Source of the DNA: a candidate division WOR-3 bacterium
GTDB taxonomy: Bacteria > Hydrothermota > Hydrothermia > JBDRYB01
Direction of reading: 5' to 3'
Length of the DNA: 16,810 nucleotides
NCBI GenBank assembly: GCA_049969615.1
Contig: JBMFOM010000033.1
Span: 1 to 16,810 of the forward strand
Below, in pieces: positions 16,726 to 16,810 of the stretch. Made by a program: the position numbers and the translations under genes. The number at the start of each line of letters is the position of its first letter. Positions within the stretch are counted from its first letter, which is position 1. The notes under the pieces are model-generated. The model had not been told where the DNA came from. It made no database searches and saw only the letters and a list, made by a program, of their open reading frames with translations.

Positions 16726-16810
16726 CAAATATTAAAGCAGGTTATCCCCAGCGTTCAACCCTGGTTAAGGGGCGATCCTTATATCCCTGGTCTTTGTCAT
16801 AACTTAAGAA

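Noticed and set aside
1-16810. CRISPR arrays, tRNA or rRNA genes
   Set aside because: No regularly spaced repeats or recognisable tRNA/rRNA sequence seen by eye; almost all of the window is protein-coding.

Overview
Bacterial genomic window, probably from an FCB-related lineage, judging by the C-terminal T9SS-type-A-like sorting domain on the protease (inference). Plus strand: a sulfur-mobilisation block (cysteine synthase, SufS-type desulfurase, short IscU/SufU-type protein); then a more AT-rich three-gene restriction-modification cassette (HTH-fused SPPY methyltransferase, HNH endonuclease, DPPY methyltransferase); then a GT4 glycosyltransferase. The endonuclease is interrupted by an in-frame TAG made by a 6-bp tandem duplication, and one Zn-binding Cys appears to be replaced by Arg. 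The cassette is bounded by GTT(A/T)TAAT direct repeats, and removing it would join the U-protein gene to GT4 through a TAATG overlap. Minus strand: TPR membrane protein-clpC, then a 75-aa ATPase stub coupled to a UbiD-family decarboxylase and a GT-C glycosyltransferase. A secreted multidomain S8 protease is transcribed divergently, followed by a terminator and a convergent lipoprotein. Recurrent (T/G)ATAATTT promoter boxes, three exactly 6 nt before an ATG, suggest leaderless initiation, including a 6-aa uORF coupled to the TPR-clpC operon.
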